Below are positions 55,770 to 58,567 of a stretch of DNA of 58,567 nt, in pieces; position 1 is the first letter of the stretch, and every line of letters begins with the position of its first letter. The translations under genes were made by a program, and so were the position numbers. This stretch comes from a phage. A model generated the notes under the pieces. That model was not told where the DNA came from. It saw only the letters and a program-made list of their open reading frames with translations, and ran no database searches. The stretch lies in sequence record PZ445423.1. One strand, 5' to 3'.

Positions 55770-56230
55770 CCACAATTGCGTTTGATGGAAAAGTATTAGC
55801 TGCGGACCGTGGCGTTATGCGCGGGGAAGCTGTGACTGCTTATAAGAAAGTTCATAGCGTGAATGGACATCGTGGACGGTTTTTACTGGGCTTGTGCGGC
55901 CTTACAGCATTTACCGATCAGGTGTTGCGTTATTTTAATAGCGCGGAAACTGTTAAGTTCCCTGATATTAAACTTTACAGCAAAGATGATGATTACGGGC
56001 AAACTTGCGGTCTTGCTGTCACTCCGGAAGGTACTTGCCATTTTATTTATAATGATGGTACTTTGAGCAAGCCCATGCTGGATGGATGGGGATCTGAGGG
56101 TAGCGGTTGTGTGTTTGCCGCTGGCGCATTAGCCGCTGGTGCAAGCGCAAGCGAAGCTATTGAGCTGGCAATTAAACACACCACATGTGCATTCCTGGGA
56201 GTTGATACAATATCATTTGAGGGTTTTTAA
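55766..56230 (+). CDS. HslV/proteasome-like Ntn-hydrolase peptidase (putative)
   Basis: 154 aa beginning MTTIAFDGKVLAADRG (cf. HslV MTTIVSVRRNG with Thr nucleophile) and GSEGSGCVFAAGA (cf. HslV GSGG region); SD AAAGGAAA. Confidence 0.45.
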   Translation: MTTIAFDGKVLAADRGVMRGEAVTAYKKVHSVNGHRGRFLLGLCGLTAFTDQVLRYFNSAETVKFPDIKLYSKDDDYGQTCGLAVTPEGTCHFIYNDGTLSKPMLDGWGSEGSGCVFAAGALAAGASASEAIELAIKHTTCAFLGVDTISFEGF

Positions 56231-56491
56231 ATGACTACATTCAGTCACCTGATCCCACCTGCTTATCATAGTAAGGTAGTTGACCACGGGACGCATGTTG
56301 TAATTGGTGGCGAAATCTTTATCACAGATAACGAGGAAATCGCCATTGCAATTATTGACAGCACTCAGCATGACTTTATGGTTATCCTGCAACACGAACC
56401 AGATAACTTCACTTTTTACTCCAGCTACGGGGTCGATAAAGGTGGAAAAAGCCTTGTTAGCTGGTACATTAGCGAGTGGTTTGACGGGTAA
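56231..56491 (+). CDS. hypothetical protein
   Basis: 86-aa ORF directly after the upstream stop. Confidence 0.4.
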   Translation: MTTFSHLIPPAYHSKVVDHGTHVVIGGEIFITDNEEIAIAIIDSTQHDFMVILQHEPDNFTFYSSYGVDKGGKSLVSWYISEWFDG

Positions 56492-56573
56492 TCTCCTTAG
56501 ATCAATTCTCCTTGCGCCGTATCAAGTTTCTCTGTTACCCTTGAGTGGTTCATGTCAAGCGGAGGAACTCGAT

Positions 56574-57011
56574 ATGGCACTTCAACCTCGTGGTATTCGT
56601 AATAACAATCCAGGCAATATTCGCTGGGGTGATAATTGGCAGGGCTTAGTTCCTGCTGATAAGCGAACCGATAAATCTTTTGCGCAATTCACGCAACCGA
56701 TTTACGGCATTCGTGCACTAGCGAAAATCCTGACAAACTACACCAAACGTGAAGGCTTACCCAATGTGGGTAAGAAAAACATCGACACTGTACGTGAAAT
56801 CATCGCTCGCTGGGCACCGCCTAACGAAAACGATACGGAAGCGTATATTCGCTCTGTTGCCAAAGCAATTGGTGTTCAACCTAACGATCCAATTAATGTC
56901 TTCGACAAGGCAATTATGTCAGGATTGGTGAAAGCAATCATTCGTCATGAAAATGGCATGATGCCCTATACCGACGACGTAATTAACCGCGCTATTGCAA
57001 TGGTACTTTAA
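56574..57011 (+). CDS. putative endolysin / cell-wall hydrolase (family unresolved)
   Basis: 145 aa from the ATG at 56574 (SD GGAGGAA), immediately upstream of the holin/spanin genes; contains RGIRNNNPGNIRWG. Confidence 0.45.
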   Translation: MALQPRGIRNNNPGNIRWGDNWQGLVPADKRTDKSFAQFTQPIYGIRALAKILTNYTKREGLPNVGKKNIDTVREIIARWAPPNENDTEAYIRSVAKAIGVQPNDPINVFDKAIMSGLVKAIIRHENGMMPYTDDVINRAIAMVL

Positions 57012-57047
57012 CTGACGGGGCGTTAGCCCCTTTTATTTGGAGGGAAC

Positions 57048-57392
57048 ATGTTCAATTCACCCAACGAACATTGGGCAGTTCTAGCGGGGTTTGCGTTTAT
57101 CTCCCTCATTGGGGGAGCTCTCGGTTATGTCATGCGTACAATAGACGCTGGTAAGAAAGTACGGGCAAGCATTGCATTTCTTGAAGGCTTATCCGCCGCT
57201 TTCTTTGGCGTTATAATGTATGCGATCTACAGGGAGTTTAACATCAGCCTTTGGTTCGCTTTTGGCCTTGCTGGCCTATTTGCTTGGGCAGGTTCACGTG
57301 CTACGCTAAAAGCCCTAACGTCGCTTATAGCTTCACGGACAGGGATCAAACTCGATTCAGGGGACTGCAAACATGAAAACGATTCTAAATAA
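57048..57392 (+). CDS. holin (putative, 3 TM)
   Basis: 114 aa with three hydrophobic helices and a charged C-terminus; between the endolysin candidate and the spanins. Confidence 0.55.
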   Translation: MFNSPNEHWAVLAGFAFISLIGGALGYVMRTIDAGKKVRASIAFLEGLSAAFFGVIMYAIYREFNISLWFAFGLAGLFAWAGSRATLKALTSLIASRTGIKLDSGDCKHENDSK

Positions 57393-57849
57393 CTTCTTCG
57401 GTTTTATAAAAACTAAACCGCGTCTGTTTATCGAGTATTTGATGATCGGCGCGGTTGTGTTTTTATGCGGGGTGGCTGCATACTTGTGGTCACAGAACGA
57501 GCTCAGCAAAACTAATTTAAATCATGCTGAGCAAAGACTAACCGTTGTAGAACGGGACAATGCAAAGCTGGGCGAAGCTGTTGTATTTCTTGCATCCCAA
57601 CGGGAGAAGGATACTGAATCCTATCGAAAATTGGCTTCAGCGATTGAAAGTGAGCAACATAACCACAGGTTGCTTCAGGACAAATTAAAAGCACTGGAGA
57701 AAAGCAATGCCGACGTCAAAGCTTATCTTAATGAGCGTGTTCCTGATGATTTGCGCAGGCTGCTCGACGGAGATACAACCTCCACCACAGTCACAGATAG
57801 TCAAGATAAAACTTCCGGCTCATCTGTTGGTAGAATGTCGGGAAGTTGA
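57373..57849 (+). CDS. inner-membrane spanin (Rz-like)
   Basis: 158 aa; N-terminal TM helix then a coiled-coil-like periplasmic domain; contains the o-spanin gene in another frame. Confidence 0.6.
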   Translation: MKTILNNFFGFIKTKPRLFIEYLMIGAVVFLCGVAAYLWSQNELSKTNLNHAEQRLTVVERDNAKLGEAVVFLASQREKDTESYRKLASAIESEQHNHRLLQDKLKALEKSNADVKAYLNERVPDDLRRLLDGDTTSTTVTDSQDKTSGSSVGRMSGS

Positions 57850-58012
57850 TAAATATCCTTTGGTTTATACAAGGGACATTATCCAACGTTTGCAGGATAC
57901 AGAAACAGCTCTGACTGAATGTAAACTGAGGGTTAAGGAAATCATACGCTATGAAGCTGAAAATGTTTCGCTTGATTTTGTAGGATCAAGCAATTATATT
58001 CAGCCTAAATAG
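57707..58012 (+). CDS. outer-membrane spanin lipoprotein (Rz1-like), embedded in the i-spanin gene
   Basis: 101 aa; signal peptide MPTSKLILMSVFLMICAGC with lipobox-like Cys, then a Pro-rich stretch EIQPPPQ. Confidence 0.65.
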   Translation: MPTSKLILMSVFLMICAGCSTEIQPPPQSQIVKIKLPAHLLVECREVDKYPLVYTRDIIQRLQDTETALTECKLRVKEIIRYEAENVSLDFVGSSNYIQPK

Positions 58013-58032
58013 CAATAAGAAAGGGGGCTTCC

Positions 58033-58567
58033 ATGAACGGGGCAAGTCAAGAGCAATATGATCGTGACTGGACGAATTACATCCAGTATGCAAATAGCTT
58101 GTCCGCTGAAGAGATGGCAATACGTGACAAAGTTGTTGCTGAGTACATGTTCGACTACAATTGGACTAACGCTTGCATGAGATGCGGGTTCAATGCTATG
58201 TTTGCACAGGAGCTTGGCCAACGCTTTGCCACGGACTGTTATGTTCGATGGAAGCTCAAGGAGATTGAAAGATCCCGTGTTCAACGTACTTCTGAGCAAG
58301 CTAACATTGAAGCAGACCTTGAGCGTCAGCATATCATTGAAGCATTAAAACGTGAAGCTCATTATACAGGACCGGGATCTTCTCAAGCTGCTAGAGTCGC
58401 CGCATTGGGCAAGCTTGCACAAATTTATGATTTGGATGCTCCCAAGAAGGCTAAGATTGATGTTACTAACAGAGGCGGCGTAATGATAGTCCCTGCTGTA
58501 GCAAATATTGACGAATGGGAAAAAACTGCATCCGAGTCTCAACAACGACTAGTTAAAGAGACTGAAG
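58033..58567 (+). CDS. possible terminase small subunit, 3'-truncated at the window edge
   Basis: Open frame from the ATG at 58033 (SD AAGGGGG) with no stop through 58567; sits just upstream of terL if the genome is circular or permuted. Confidence 0.35.
   Translation, partial: MNGASQEQYDRDWTNYIQYANSLSAEEMAIRDKVVAEYMFDYNWTNACMRCGFNAMFAQELGQRFATDCYVRWKLKEIERSRVQRTSEQANIEADLERQHIIEALKREAHYTGPGSSQAARVAALGKLAQIYDLDAPKKAKIDVTNRGGVMIVPAVANIDEWEKTASESQQRLVKETE

Noticed and set aside
58000-58545. Two - strand ORFs (58000-58332 and 58345-58545) at the window end.
   Set aside because: They are antisense to a continuous + strand frame that starts with a good SD at 58033 and stays open to the window edge.
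1-58567. Search for tRNA genes, CRISPR arrays, integrase and transposase genes.
   Set aside because: By eye I found no cloverleaf-compatible tRNA candidates, no regularly spaced direct repeats with unique spacers, no tyrosine or serine recombinase-like ORF and no terminal inverted repeats flanking a transposase-like gene. A formal tRNAscan or CRISPR-finder run was not possible.

Overview
The window reads as a near-complete (~58.6 kb) genome of a tailed, siphovirus-like enterobacterial phage. All calls are from reading the sequence and the ORF track, using motifs I recognise; no database search was run, so family names are hypotheses. Layout: (i) + strand packaging, head and tail genes from 1 to ~22,970 (terL, portal, scaffold, capsid, tail chaperone with a -1 frameshift site, tape measure, tail tip, two fibers); (ii) a long - strand block from 23,001 to 50,903 with a family B DNA polymerase, a recombination/replication module, DNA ligase, RNase H, dUTPase, and a 7-deazaguanine pathway (FolE, QueD, QueE, QueC) next to a DpdA-like transglycosylase; (iii) a divergent control region near 50.9-51.2 kb, then + strand small early genes, a lysis cassette and a 3'-truncated ORF that may be terS, continuing to terL at position 1 if the genome is circular or circularly permuted. 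The main finding is the predicted guanine hypermodification system for phage DNA, together with unassigned ORFs tightly embedded in it. No tRNA, CRISPR array or transposable element was recognised.
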